This document shows positions 1 through 9,298 of a DNA stretch of 64,000 nt, piece after piece. The position numbers and the translations under genes were made by a program. Within the stretch, counting starts at the first letter, position 1. Every line of letters begins with the position of its first letter. Source of the stretch: Bacteroidales bacterium (GTDB taxonomy: Bacteria; Bacteroidota; Bacteroidia; Bacteroidales; UBA932); contig JAFZJI010000057.1 in NCBI GenBank assembly GCA_017552105.1, forward strand, positions 4,150 to 68,149. Reading direction: 5' to 3'. The notes beneath the pieces were generated by a model, which was given only the letters and a program-made list of their open reading frames with translations, searched no databases and was not told where the DNA came from.

Positions 1-2133
1 CGAAAAAGAGGGAAACAGGCCCCAGCGCGATTCCGGCGCAAAACGGGAAGAACCGTCGTAACGCAGGTTGGCCTCAAACAGGTATTTGCTGTCGTAGGCA
101 TAATTAATCCTGCCGAAGCCGGACATTAGTCCCCACTCCGAATTCCCGCTGTCGGAATCGAAAAGAGTGGTATATGCAGACATCTCGGTTATGCTCCAGT
201 CGCTCTTTCCTTGCTTTTTTACAGATGAAAAGGGAGCGATATGATGATTGACGGAATAACCTGCAATGGCACCGATATCGTGTTTGCCGAAAGTAGCGTT
301 ATATCGGAGGAGCGCCTCTCCGTTTGTCTTGAACGCGTCCGATACGCTGATGGTATTCGTGGCCGTCGACAGGGAAGTTTCGGTCTGGACAGAATCCGTG
401 GTGTAGTTCCAGATTCTTGTAGAAGCGGTGTACTTATGTTCGTATCCGTGAGAAAAGTTATGGTTGAAGTTCAATTCGAACGACAGTCCTTTATAAAGCT
501 TGGCAATCATGAACGCCGTGGCCGAACCCCTGTAAGTATATTTTTCCCCATCGCGTGTCGCCATATTCTTCAGGATGTTGTTGGCATTGGAATTTTCTTC
601 ATCCGTGGCGATATAGCCCCATTTGTCCGGGCCGCCGGGATACATTCCCGGGATGGTCATCTTCAGGTACTGGAAGCCGGAAGCGAGATCCATGAGTCCA
701 TAGTCCTGACGCTCTCCGAAAAGTCTTGCACCGACGGTAAGCCAGTCCGAGAATTTAACCTCGACATTGGTACGGATATCGAACTTGGTGGTTCCGCTGT
801 TCATGCCATGGTGGCTCATCACACCCTTGTTGTCCAGATAACCGACCGAAGCATAGGCTTTGACGTTATCCGTCCCTCCGGACATCGAAACATTGTGCTT
901 CTGCATGAAGCCGGTATGGAATGTTTCTTTAAACCAGTCCGTATTCGGATATGCTATGCGGTTGGGCACGCCGTAGGCGTTGAGTTCGTCGGGATTCAGC
1001 TTTGCGTTTTCCCAAAGGGCGATGGTCTGGTCGGAATACACGTGGGCTATACCGATATTGTCCGCTCCTTCATTGACAAGCCTCATGGACTCGGCATAGT
1101 CCGTAACATATTCCAGACCTCCCAGATAAGGCATCTGTGCCGTCAAATTGTTGCTGTACGTGACATGTATCTTGCCTGCGACGCCACCTTTGGTCGTAAT
1201 CAGGATGACGCCGTTTGCCGCACGGGAACCGTAAATGGCAGTTGACGAGGCATCCTTTAAGACGGTTATCGATTCTATGTCCTGAGGGTTGATATTATCC
1301 ATGGAATACTCAATGCCGTCAACCAGTACGAGAGGGCTGTTGGTATTCAGCGTGGTATTGCCACGGATGCGGAGCGTTGCGCCGTCATCGCCCGGCTGAC
1401 CGGATGTCTGGGTAACCGCAAGACCGGGGGCAAGGCCGCCGAGGGCCGAGGAAGTGGATGTTATGGGGCGGGATTCCAAACCTTCGCTGAAATTGATAGA
1501 GGAAACGGCACCGGTAAGGTTCGCCCTCTTCTGGACGCCATAACCTACGACCACGACTTCGTCCAGGTAGTTGATGTCCGACGCCATCAGCAAGTCGATC
1601 TTGCCGCCTCCTGGATTAACTGCCCTTTCCTCTTCCTTAAAACCCATGCAAGTGAACAACAGCACGGTTCCGGGGGGCACCGAGATGGAATACTTTCCGT
1701 CCATATCCGTCATTGTCGAAATAGGATTCGCCGCCCCTTTTTCCACTACGAACACTCCGGGCATAGGCTGCCCAGCATCGTCCGTAACCACGCCGGAAAC
1801 AGATACTTTCTTGGATTCTTTCTTTTTCGGACTGAGGGTAATCTGCCTGTCGAGTATTTCATAATCTATGGAAAGCCCGGACAGCACGGCGTCGAGCACC
1901 TGCCGGATGGTTCCGCTCGCTTTCGCTGTCACCAGTGCATTGACGTTGACGAGCGAATTGTTATACACGAAATTGTAACCGGACTTTTTCTGGATATCCG
2001 AAAGCGCGTAACTCAACTTGACCGCGTTGTAATCCACAGAAAAACTCTGTGCTTTAGCGAGAGATGATCCTAGAAGCAGCAGAGCCAGGATTACAAGAAC
2101 TTTGCAAGATGACGACGAAAGTATTTTCTTCAT
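1..2133 (-). CDS. susC: SusC/RagA-family TonB-dependent receptor with N-terminal STN domain (3' end runs off the window)
   Basis: Manual translation: signal peptide MKKILSSSSCKVLVILALLLLGSSLAKAQ, STN-like LSDIQKKSGYNFVYNNS, LDEVVVVGYGVQKRANLTGAVS, and RYDGSSRFAPESRWGLFPSFS at the window edge. Absent from the ORF track because there is no stop in the window. Confidence 0.93.
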   Translation of the reverse strand, partial: MKKILSSSSCKVLVILALLLLGSSLAKAQSFSVDYNAVKLSYALSDIQKKSGYNFVYNNSLVNVNALVTAKASGTIRQVLDAVLSGLSIDYEILDRQITLSPKKKESKKVSVSGVVTDDAGQPMPGVFVVEKGAANPISTMTDMDGKYSISVPPGTVLLFTCMGFKEEERAVNPGGGKIDLLMASDINYLDEVVVVGYGVQKRANLTGAVSSINFSEGLESRPITSTSSALGGLAPGLAVTQTSGQPGDDGATLRIRGNTTLNTNSPLVLVDGIEYSMDNINPQDIESITVLKDASSTAIYGSRAANGVILITTKGGVAGKIHVTYSNNLTAQMPYLGGLEYVTDYAESMRLVNEGADNIGIAHVYSDQTIALWENAKLNPDELNAYGVPNRIAYPNTDWFKETFHTGFMQKHNVSMSGGTDNVKAYASVGYLDNKGVMSHHGMNSGTTKFDIRTNVEVKFSDWLTVGARLFGERQDYGLMDLASGFQYLKMTIPGMYPGGPDKWGYIATDEENSNANNILKNMATRDGEKYTYRGSATAFMIAKLYKGLSFELNFNHNFSHGYEHKYTASTRIWNYTTDSVQTETSLSTATNTISVSDAFKTNGEALLRYNATFGKHDIGAIAGYSVNHHIAPFSSVKKQGKSDWSITEMSAYTTLFDSDSGNSEWGLMSGFGRINYAYDSKYLFEANLRYDGSSRFAPESRWGLFPSFS

Positions 2134-2203
2134 ACAATATATATTTAACGATATATATAATACACTTGTTCTGCCTTTTTCCCCGACCGAAAACAGGCTT
2201 TTT

Positions 2204-2299
2204 CAGGGACACGACAATGTATTCGGACAGACGCTCATCTACGCCGTTCTGCCTGAATTCTACGCAATCCTTGGCCTTGTCTGTGCCTATCTGGCGTAA
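2204..2299 (+). pseudogene. 3' remnant of V-type ATP synthase subunit K (proteolipid)
   Basis: Reads QGHDNVFGQTLIYAVLPEFYAILGLVCAYLA*, resembling the Bacteroidales NtpK C-terminal helix with the ion-binding Glu (PE-Y motif). Upstream sequence is AT-rich and non-coding. Confidence 0.7.
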
Positions 2300-2302
2300 G
2301 AT

Positions 2303-3661
2303 TTATCGCCTGTAGATATAGAGTATCTGCCCGATGCGGAGCTTGTCGGAACGAAGATGGTTCCACTTCTTCAGCTGGGCTACGGTACAATGATTCCTGG
2401 CGGCTATCCTTCCAAGATAGTCGCCTTCTTTTACCTTGTAGCTGATACGCACCTCGTTGCCGCTCTCCTCGATGTTCTTGAGCACCTGGGCATTCAGCAA
2501 CTCCCCTGCCCTGTGCAGATACAGAGAATCCTGGTCGGCGGAGAGGAATTTGGATGTCCAGCTGTAAGGGAGATTGAGGATATAGGTTCCCTCGTTTCCG
2601 GGGATGATGTCATGGGTGTACTGGGGGTTGAGCAACTTAACCGTTTCGAGCGGAACGCCCACCACCTCGTTTATCTGCTTGAAGTGGAGGTTGCGGCGTA
2701 TCTCGAAGGTATCCACCTTTACGGGAAGGCCCACCTTGGCGGGCTGCAGGCCATATTCACGGGCATAGTGGAATGCGTACATGGCACCGATGAACGCGGG
2801 CACGTAGCCTCGTGTTTCCCTGGGAAGATAAGGGTAGATGCTCCAGAAATCCATCTTGCCGCCGGCGCGTTTGATGGCCTTGTTAACGTTGCCCGCGCCG
2901 CAATTGTAGGCGCTGATGGCAAGGTTCCAATCCCCGAACACGCTATAGGCGTCGCGAAGATACCTCGCCGCAGCATCCGCCGCCTTTTCCACGTCCAGAC
3001 GCTCGTCCACGAAGGAATTAATCTTTAGTCCGTAGAGCCTGCCCGTCCTGTACATGAACTGCCATATGCCCATTGCGCCTGCCCTGGACTCCGCTACCGG
3101 ATTCAGGTTCGACTCGATTATCGACATGTACTTAAGTTCGAGCGGAAGCCCGTATTTGGCGAGGATTTCCTCGAAGATGGGGAAATAGTACAGGCTCCGG
3201 CCCATCATGTTCTCCACATGGCGGGGCATCTTCTCGGAATAAAGGATCATGTAGTTCTTCACCGTCTCGTTGAAAGGGATGGTGATGTATGCGTTCATGG
3301 CAGAGAGACGGCGCATCATCTCCTCGTCGGAAACATTGGAAGAGAAATGCACGGCATCCATGTCATAATCGGATTTCTCGAGATAATCCGCGCTCAGCCT
3401 CTGGCGGTACCAAAGGTCGATGAGGCTGTCGGAGAGTTCCGCGGAAATGGAAGGTGTTCCGGGATCCTGCATGGGTGCGGCTGCATCCACGCTGTCCTCG
3501 GCCACCTGGGCGGAAAGAAGGCTGTCCAACCTGGAACGCATGGCTGCGAGTTCCTTGCGCAAAGCCTCGTTTTCGGCCTTCAAGGCCTTCTTGTTCTGGG
3601 CTACGGCGGGATATGCCGTGAGAGTTAGCAGCAGTAAGATAACAAGCTTTTTCATCCACAT
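2303..3661 (-). CDS. mltD: Lytic murein transglycosylase (SLT domain plus LysM), MltD-like
   Basis: IIESNLNP, AGAMGIWQFM, AISAYNCG and ETRGYVP SLT motifs; C-terminal LysM YKVKEGDYLGRIA. Confidence 0.9.
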   Translation of the reverse strand: MWMKKLVILLLLTLTAYPAVAQNKKALKAENEALRKELAAMRSRLDSLLSAQVAEDSVDAAAPMQDPGTPSISAELSDSLIDLWYRQRLSADYLEKSDYDMDAVHFSSNVSDEEMMRRLSAMNAYITIPFNETVKNYMILYSEKMPRHVENMMGRSLYYFPIFEEILAKYGLPLELKYMSIIESNLNPVAESRAGAMGIWQFMYRTGRLYGLKINSFVDERLDVEKAADAAARYLRDAYSVFGDWNLAISAYNCGAGNVNKAIKRAGGKMDFWSIYPYLPRETRGYVPAFIGAMYAFHYAREYGLQPAKVGLPVKVDTFEIRRNLHFKQINEVVGVPLETVKLLNPQYTHDIIPGNEGTYILNLPYSWTSKFLSADQDSLYLHRAGELLNAQVLKNIEESGNEVRISYKVKEGDYLGRIAARNHCTVAQLKKWNHLRSDKLRIGQILYIYRR

Positions 3662-4536
3662 CAGAATCTGATTCCCAAACTGAGCCCGACGGCCGACTGG
3701 CCGGGGGCGAAAGCATAGCTGTTATCGGGAGTGAGTATGGTAGGATTGACCGACATGGTGATATCGTCGGCGATGTTGAAGTCGTGCATGTATGCGAAAA
3801 CGTTCGCGTCTATGACCTGCAGCAGATAGAAACCTGCGATGGCCAGCACGGAATAGTCGCGCATACGGCGGTAGTAATTCCTCCAGTACAATGCGGCCTC
3901 GGCGGTGATAGGGCCGGAGTAGTCCGGATCCTCCGTGGCTTTCTTGTAATTGCGGCGGCAGCGCTCATAGTCGGCGCGGTTCTCGAAATAGAAGTGGAAA
4001 GAGCCCATCAGGCCACCCCAATAGATAGGGAGTTTCCAGGTCTCGCCATTGTATATCTGGCCCAGGCCGGGCACCAGTATGGAATACAACGTAGCTTTTC
4101 CGGCACTAGGATAATCTGCCTCGTAGCTGATGACTTCGTCCAGGGCCATCCCCCAATATGTAAGGCCCGCAAGCGCAAAGCAGAGCTTGGAGTTCTTGTC
4201 GTCGTTCTTGTTCTTGAAGTAGAAACCGCCTGCAAGCCCGCCGGCGATCCCGGCATAGACTATGGGAAGTTTCCAGTAATCTTTGTTATAAATCTGTCCG
4301 GTACCGGGGAACAGCGCGGAGCCGAAAGCCATGGTGCCGGGTTTCAGGGGATTCTTATGGGCGACGCCTCCGAAGAACTCCTTGAACGAGAACATCACGT
4401 CGGTGCTGTCTTTGGGAGATGAAGGATCGTCGTTATAGCTCTGGGTAAAGGCTTCTTCCTTGAACTGGGCACGGAGCGGCGTGCCGATGGAAAGACCCAC
4501 CAGCGCCAGTGCCAGTATGCATAGAAGTTTCCTCAT
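3661..4536 (-). CDS. DUF5683-family membrane protein with two PGxGQIYN...WKLPI motifs
   Basis: Signal peptide, repeated PG(T/L)GQIYN..WKLPI, IDANVFAY motif; usual position between parB and mltD. Confidence 0.8.
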   Translation of the reverse strand: MRKLLCILALALVGLSIGTPLRAQFKEEAFTQSYNDDPSSPKDSTDVMFSFKEFFGGVAHKNPLKPGTMAFGSALFPGTGQIYNKDYWKLPIVYAGIAGGLAGGFYFKNKNDDKNSKLCFALAGLTYWGMALDEVISYEADYPSAGKATLYSILVPGLGQIYNGETWKLPIYWGGLMGSFHFYFENRADYERCRRNYKKATEDPDYSGPITAEAALYWRNYYRRMRDYSVLAIAGFYLLQVIDANVFAYMHDFNIADDITMSVNPTILTPDNSYAFAPGQSAVGLSLGIRF

Positions 4537-5474
4537 CAGATGTCCGCCTTCTCCAAAGCTTCCAGGAACTTGTGAACTTCCTCGTCGGAAGCGAATTTCA
4601 CTGTCATCGTACCCTTACCAGAAGCCGAGCGGCGCACGGAGATGTCGTTGCTGAAGTATTTTCCTATATGGGAAAGCATGCGGGTATATTCCAAAGGAAG
4701 TTCCGGCTGGGAAGCGGCACTCTTGCGTTTGCCATCGGGATTCTTCAGATACTTCCGTACCAGATCCTCGAGTTCGCGTACGCTGAGCCCTTCTTTGATC
4801 ACCAGGTCGCAGAACTTCTCCTGCGAGGGAGCATCGGGAAGAGCGAGCAGCACTTTAGCGTGGCCTACGCTCAGAAGCCCGACTTTGAGGTCGTGCTGAA
4901 TCTTTACGGGGAGCTTCAACAGGCGCAGGGTATTGGCAACGCTGGCGCGCTTCTTCCCCACCCTGTCGGCCATGGCCTCCTGGGTAAGGTTGCATTCGTC
5001 GATTAGGCGCTGGAAGCTGAGGGCGGTCTCGATAGGATCGAGATTCTCCCTCTGGATATTCTCCACGAGGGCCATCTCCAGCATACCCTGGTCGTCGGCA
5101 TCGCGCACGTAGGCGGGGATCATCGACATTCCGGCCATGCGGCTGGCCTTGAAACGGCGTTCACCGCTGATTATCTGGTAGCGTCCGTCTGCAATCTTGC
5201 GCACGGTGATGGGCTGTATCAGCCCCAAGGTGCGTATGGATGCCGCGAGTTCCTCGAGAGCCTCCTGGTCGAAGGCCATACGAGGCTGGAAAGGATTGGC
5301 TTCCACCTTCTCCACCGGGATGCGGAGCACGTCGGAAGAATCCTGACGGGGACGCGCCCCGGCGATCTCCTTGTTCACGTAGCCTACAGGCTTACGGAAC
5401 TGATCCACATTTATGTCTTCGCCCAGCAGGGCGCCCAGGCCTCTTCCGAGCCCGCGCGGTTCTTTATTGCTCAT
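4536..5474 (-). CDS. parB: ParB/Spo0J chromosome partitioning protein
   Basis: GLGRGLGALL, NPFQPR, ISGERRFKA, ENIQRENL. Confidence 0.95.
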   Translation of the reverse strand: MSNKEPRGLGRGLGALLGEDINVDQFRKPVGYVNKEIAGARPRQDSSDVLRIPVEKVEANPFQPRMAFDQEALEELAASIRTLGLIQPITVRKIADGRYQIISGERRFKASRMAGMSMIPAYVRDADDQGMLEMALVENIQRENLDPIETALSFQRLIDECNLTQEAMADRVGKKRASVANTLRLLKLPVKIQHDLKVGLLSVGHAKVLLALPDAPSQEKFCDLVIKEGLSVRELEDLVRKYLKNPDGKRKSAASQPELPLEYTRMLSHIGKYFSNDISVRRSASGKGTMTVKFASDEEVHKFLEALEKADI

Positions 5475-6249
5475 TGCGTTTTTCTCCATTTCTCTCGAGC
5501 ACTTCCGCCGAGAGGCTCATGTAGTTGTTGGCACCATTGCTCATGATGTCGTAAAGGATGATGGGTTTACCATGGCTGGGAGCTTCGCTGAGGCGGATAT
5601 TGCGCTGGATGATGGTACGGAATACCATATCCTTGAAATGCTCGCGGAGCTCCGCCACCACCTGGGTATGGACCTTGGTGCGGCCGTCGAACATGGTTAC
5701 CAGGAAGCCCTCGATGGTAAGGGAAGGATTCACCTCGCCCTGCACCAGACGTATGGTCTGCAGCAGCTTTCCGAGGCCCTCCAGTGCAAAGAATTCAGGC
5801 TGCACGGGGATGATCACGGAGTCGGCGGCGGTGAGGCAGTTTACGGTAATCAGGCCAAGCGAAGGGGAACAGTCGATGATTATGTAATCGTAGTTGTCCT
5901 TGATGGGCTCCAGAGCTTTGCGAAGCACGCTTTCCCTCTGCTGGAATTCCAGCATCTCGATTTCGGCGCCCACGAGATTGATGTGAGATGGCACCAGATG
6001 CAAGCCGGCCATTTCGGTCTGGATCAGTGCGTCTTCTATGCCGATCTGGCCGATCATGACCTCGTAGAGGGTGCGCTTGTCGGCATTGTCGGGCGAGAAG
6101 TTAAGACCCGAGGTCGAGTTGGCCTGAGGGTCGGCATCGATGATGAGGACCTTCTTCTCCATCACCGCGAGGGATGCCGACAAGTTGATGGCGGTCGTGG
6201 TCTTTCCCACTCCGCCTTTCTGGTTTGCTATCGCTATAATCTTTCCCAT
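5464..6249 (-). CDS. parA: ParA/Soj ATPase
   Basis: MGKIIAIANQKGGVGKTTT, DADPQANS, DCSPSLG, EAPSHGKP. Confidence 0.96.
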   Translation of the reverse strand: MGKIIAIANQKGGVGKTTTAINLSASLAVMEKKVLIIDADPQANSTSGLNFSPDNADKRTLYEVMIGQIGIEDALIQTEMAGLHLVPSHINLVGAEIEMLEFQQRESVLRKALEPIKDNYDYIIIDCSPSLGLITVNCLTAADSVIIPVQPEFFALEGLGKLLQTIRLVQGEVNPSLTIEGFLVTMFDGRTKVHTQVVAELREHFKDMVFRTIIQRNIRLSEAPSHGKPIILYDIMSNGANNYMSLSAEVLERNGEKRNEQ

Positions 6250-6263
6250 ACCGTAGAATTCTG

Positions 6264-6863
6264 TCAATCTACAAATTTAGAAAAAAATTTGGTTATGACC
6301 CAATGGACGAGCCAGGACAATAGCCGTGCAAGAATTATTCCTACAATCGCTCCTACCAGTATATCTCCCAGAAAATGTTTGCCCACATACACGCGGCTGA
6401 TGCTGACCCCCGCAACCCAAAGTATCATCAGCACAGGCAATAAGCGCTCCTTCCGCCCTCCGTTCAGGCGGTGCATAAGGAAAGTCACCACGGTTGCGAC
6501 TCCGGCACAGGTCGCGGCATGGGCCGAGAAAAAGCCGTATTTGCCGCCCTTGCGTTCGAGTATGTTCAGTCCGTTCCCGGTCATGAACTCATCCCAGCAC
6601 GGGCGCAGACGCATCACGGAGTTCTTCACGAGATTGGCCGTCTGGTCGATCAGGGCGACCGAAAGGACGGTGGTAATGAGTACTATCAGGGTCTTTTTCC
6701 ACCCCAGCCGCCTCCACAGGTAGTAGAAGAGAAGCAGATAAAAAGGCACCCACACCATGCGGTTGCTAAGTATGGGCATCACCGCATCGGTAAAAGCGCC
6801 CGAAAAGCCATTTATGGCCAGAGTGGCCGAGCGGTCCAGTTCCACCAGGGAGGTCAGACTCAT
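6264..6863 (-). CDS. PAP2-family membrane phosphatase
   Basis: K..VMRLRP, FFSAHA and SRVYVGKHF motifs; start placed at MSLTSL, overlapping the obg stop. Confidence 0.88.
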   Translation of the reverse strand: MSLTSLVELDRSATLAINGFSGAFTDAVMPILSNRMVWVPFYLLLFYYLWRRLGWKKTLIVLITTVLSVALIDQTANLVKNSVMRLRPCWDEFMTGNGLNILERKGGKYGFFSAHAATCAGVATVVTFLMHRLNGGRKERLLPVLMILWVAGVSISRVYVGKHFLGDILVGAIVGIILARLLSWLVHWVITKFFSKFVD

Positions 6864-7852
6864 TTCTGCAATGCCCTCCACAGCATGTCGGTGAGTTCCT
6901 TGATTCCCTCTCCGCTGACAGAGGAGATGAAAACGTGGGGCACGTCGGCAGGAAGGGTAGGCTCGATTTCGCGCTCTATGCTTTCGTCGATCATGTCGCA
7001 CTTGGTGATGGCGAGCACGCGCTCCTTCACCAGCAGTTCGGGATTATAGAGTCTAAGCTCGTTCAGAAGCGTCTGATAAGTGCCGGGGATATCGTCTTCG
7101 TCGACAGCGACCATGAAAAGCAGCACGGAATTACGCTCTATGTGGCGGAGGAACCTGTCCCCGATTCCTCGCCCTTCGTGTGCCCCCTCGATGATTCCGG
7201 GGATGTCCGCTATCACGAAGGACTTGTCGTCGTAATATCTTACTATACCCAGGTTGGGCTCAAGTGTGGTGAAGGCGTAGTTGGCAATCTTCGGTTTGGC
7301 CGAGGTCACCGTAGCCAGCAGGGTGGATTTACCCGCATTGGGAAATCCCACCAGACCTACGTCGGCAAGAAGTTTGAGCTCCAGGATGAACCATCCCTCC
7401 TCCCCTTCCTCGCCGGGTTGGGCGAAGCGCGGAGTCTGGAGCGTAGGAGTCTTGAAATTATCGTTTCCGAGCCCACCGCGGCCGCCTTTGCAGAGAATCC
7501 TCTCCTCCCCGGGCTCGGTGAGATCCATCACGACCTCGTCGGTCTCGGCATCCTTGACTATGGTTCCTACAGGAACGTCCAGATAGATATCTTCGCCGTT
7601 CTTGCCGTGGCGCAGGGCGGCACCGCCCTTTTCGCCGTCGTCGGCTTTCACATATTTGCGGTATTTGAGGTGGATAAGTGTCCAGAACTGCGGGTTCGCC
7701 CGCAGGATAATATGACCTCCGCGGCCGCCGTCGCCGCCGTCCGGACCGCCCTTGGGAACATATTTCGCCCTGAGCAGATGGGTGCTGCCGGCGCCTCCGT
7801 GGCCGGACTCGCAATGTATCTTTACAAAATCTATGAAATTGCTTTCTGCCAT
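6860..7852 (-). other. obgE: GTPase ObgE/CgtA
   Basis: Gly-rich Obg domain GGPDGGDGGRGG, GFPNAGKSTL, YAFTT, DIPG, TKCD. Confidence 0.97.
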
Positions 7853-7931
7853 AACGTACAAAGGTAAGTATTTTTGCAGGATTTTTTTATATTTGCAAAA
7901 GTTAGTAGTTCCATCATTTAAGAGGTTTTCA

Positions 7932-9287
7932 ATGGACAATTTTGCAAAAAAGTACGTAGACGGCTTTATGGCCGGTCTAGTCGCAAGGAATCCGGGTGAG
8001 CCCGAATTCCATCAGGCTGTGAAGGAAGTTGCCGAGAGCATCGCTCCCTACATTGCCGAGAATCCTCAACTCATCGATTTGAAGATCCTGGAAAGGATCG
8101 CCGAACCGGAGAGAATCCTCATCTTCCGTGTCCCCTGGACTGATGACCGGGGCGAACTCCACATCAACCGCGGTTTCCGCGTGCAGTGCAACAGCGCCCT
8201 CGGCCCTTACAAAGGAGGCATCCGCTTCCACGCAAGCGTCAATTTGAGCATAATGAAGTTTCTTGCCTTCGAGCAGACCTTCAAGAACAGTCTCACCACT
8301 CTCCCCATGGGAGGTGGCAAAGGTGGGTCAGATTTCAACCCCCGCGGCAAGTCAGATGCCGAAGTCATGCGTTTCTGCCAGAGTTTCATGACCGAACTTA
8401 GCAAGCATATCGGGCAGGACACCGACGTCCCTGCAGGCGATATCGGCGTGGGCGGCCGCGAAATCGGCTACCTCTTCGGCCAGTACAAGAGGCTTCGCAA
8501 CGAATTCACCGGAACCCTTACCGGCAAGGGCCTCGCCTGGGGAGGATCCATCCTCCGTCCCGAAGCCACCGGTTATGGCCTGTGCTACTTTGCCGAGCAG
8601 ATGCTCGCCACACAGGGCAAGAGTTTCGAAGGGCAGACGGTGGTAGTTTCCGGTGCAGGTAACGTTGCCCAGCACGCCGCCGAAAAGGCCATGCGCCTGG
8701 GGGCCAAGGTCGTCACCCTCTCCGACTCCGACGGTTTCATCCACGATTCCGAAGGTTTCGACGAGGAGAAGATAGCCTACGTCAAGCAACTCAAGAACAT
8801 ACGCCGCGGCCGTATCAAGGAGTATGTGGAGAAGTATCCCAACGCCAAGTATTACCCCGGCATGCGTCCTTGGGGCATCCCCTGCGACATCGCACTCCCC
8901 TGCGCAACCCAGAACGAAATCGGCAAGGAAGATGCCGAGGCCCTCGTCAAGGGCGGTTGCTATTGCGTAGCCGAAGGTGCCAACATGCCTTCCACCCCCG
9001 AAGCTATCGCGGTATTCCAGGAAGCCAGGATACTGTACTCCCCCGGAAAGGCATCCAATGCCGGTGGCGTCGCCACTTCCGGTCTGGAAATGAGCCAGAA
9101 TTCCATGCGCCTGCACTGGACCGCCGAAGAGGTGGATGCACAGCTCCGCCGCATCATGTCCGACATCCACGCTGCCTGCCTGAAATACGGCACCGAGGCC
9201 GACGGCCACGTGAACTACGTGAAGGGTGCAAACCTGGCCGGCTTCATCAAGGTAGCCAATGCCATGATAGATCAGGGTATAGTCTAA
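7932..9287 (+). CDS. gdhA: Glutamate dehydrogenase (NAD(P)-specific)
   Basis: GPYKGGIRF, LPMGGGKGGSDF, DVPAGDIGVG, RPEATGYG, EGANMP. Confidence 0.97.
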   Translation: MDNFAKKYVDGFMAGLVARNPGEPEFHQAVKEVAESIAPYIAENPQLIDLKILERIAEPERILIFRVPWTDDRGELHINRGFRVQCNSALGPYKGGIRFHASVNLSIMKFLAFEQTFKNSLTTLPMGGGKGGSDFNPRGKSDAEVMRFCQSFMTELSKHIGQDTDVPAGDIGVGGREIGYLFGQYKRLRNEFTGTLTGKGLAWGGSILRPEATGYGLCYFAEQMLATQGKSFEGQTVVVSGAGNVAQHAAEKAMRLGAKVVTLSDSDGFIHDSEGFDEEKIAYVKQLKNIRRGRIKEYVEKYPNAKYYPGMRPWGIPCDIALPCATQNEIGKEDAEALVKGGCYCVAEGANMPSTPEAIAVFQEARILYSPGKASNAGGVATSGLEMSQNSMRLHWTAEEVDAQLRRIMSDIHAACLKYGTEADGHVNYVKGANLAGFIKVANAMIDQGIV

Positions 9288-9298
9288 CACTTCGAACG

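Noticed and set aside
241-1245. 334-aa plus-strand ORF
   Set aside because: Antisense shadow of susC, which has clear motifs on the minus strand.
8870-9298. N-terminal extension of the 1112-aa ORF
   Set aside because: Out-of-frame overlap with gdhA and Arg-rich nonsense; real start is about 9299.
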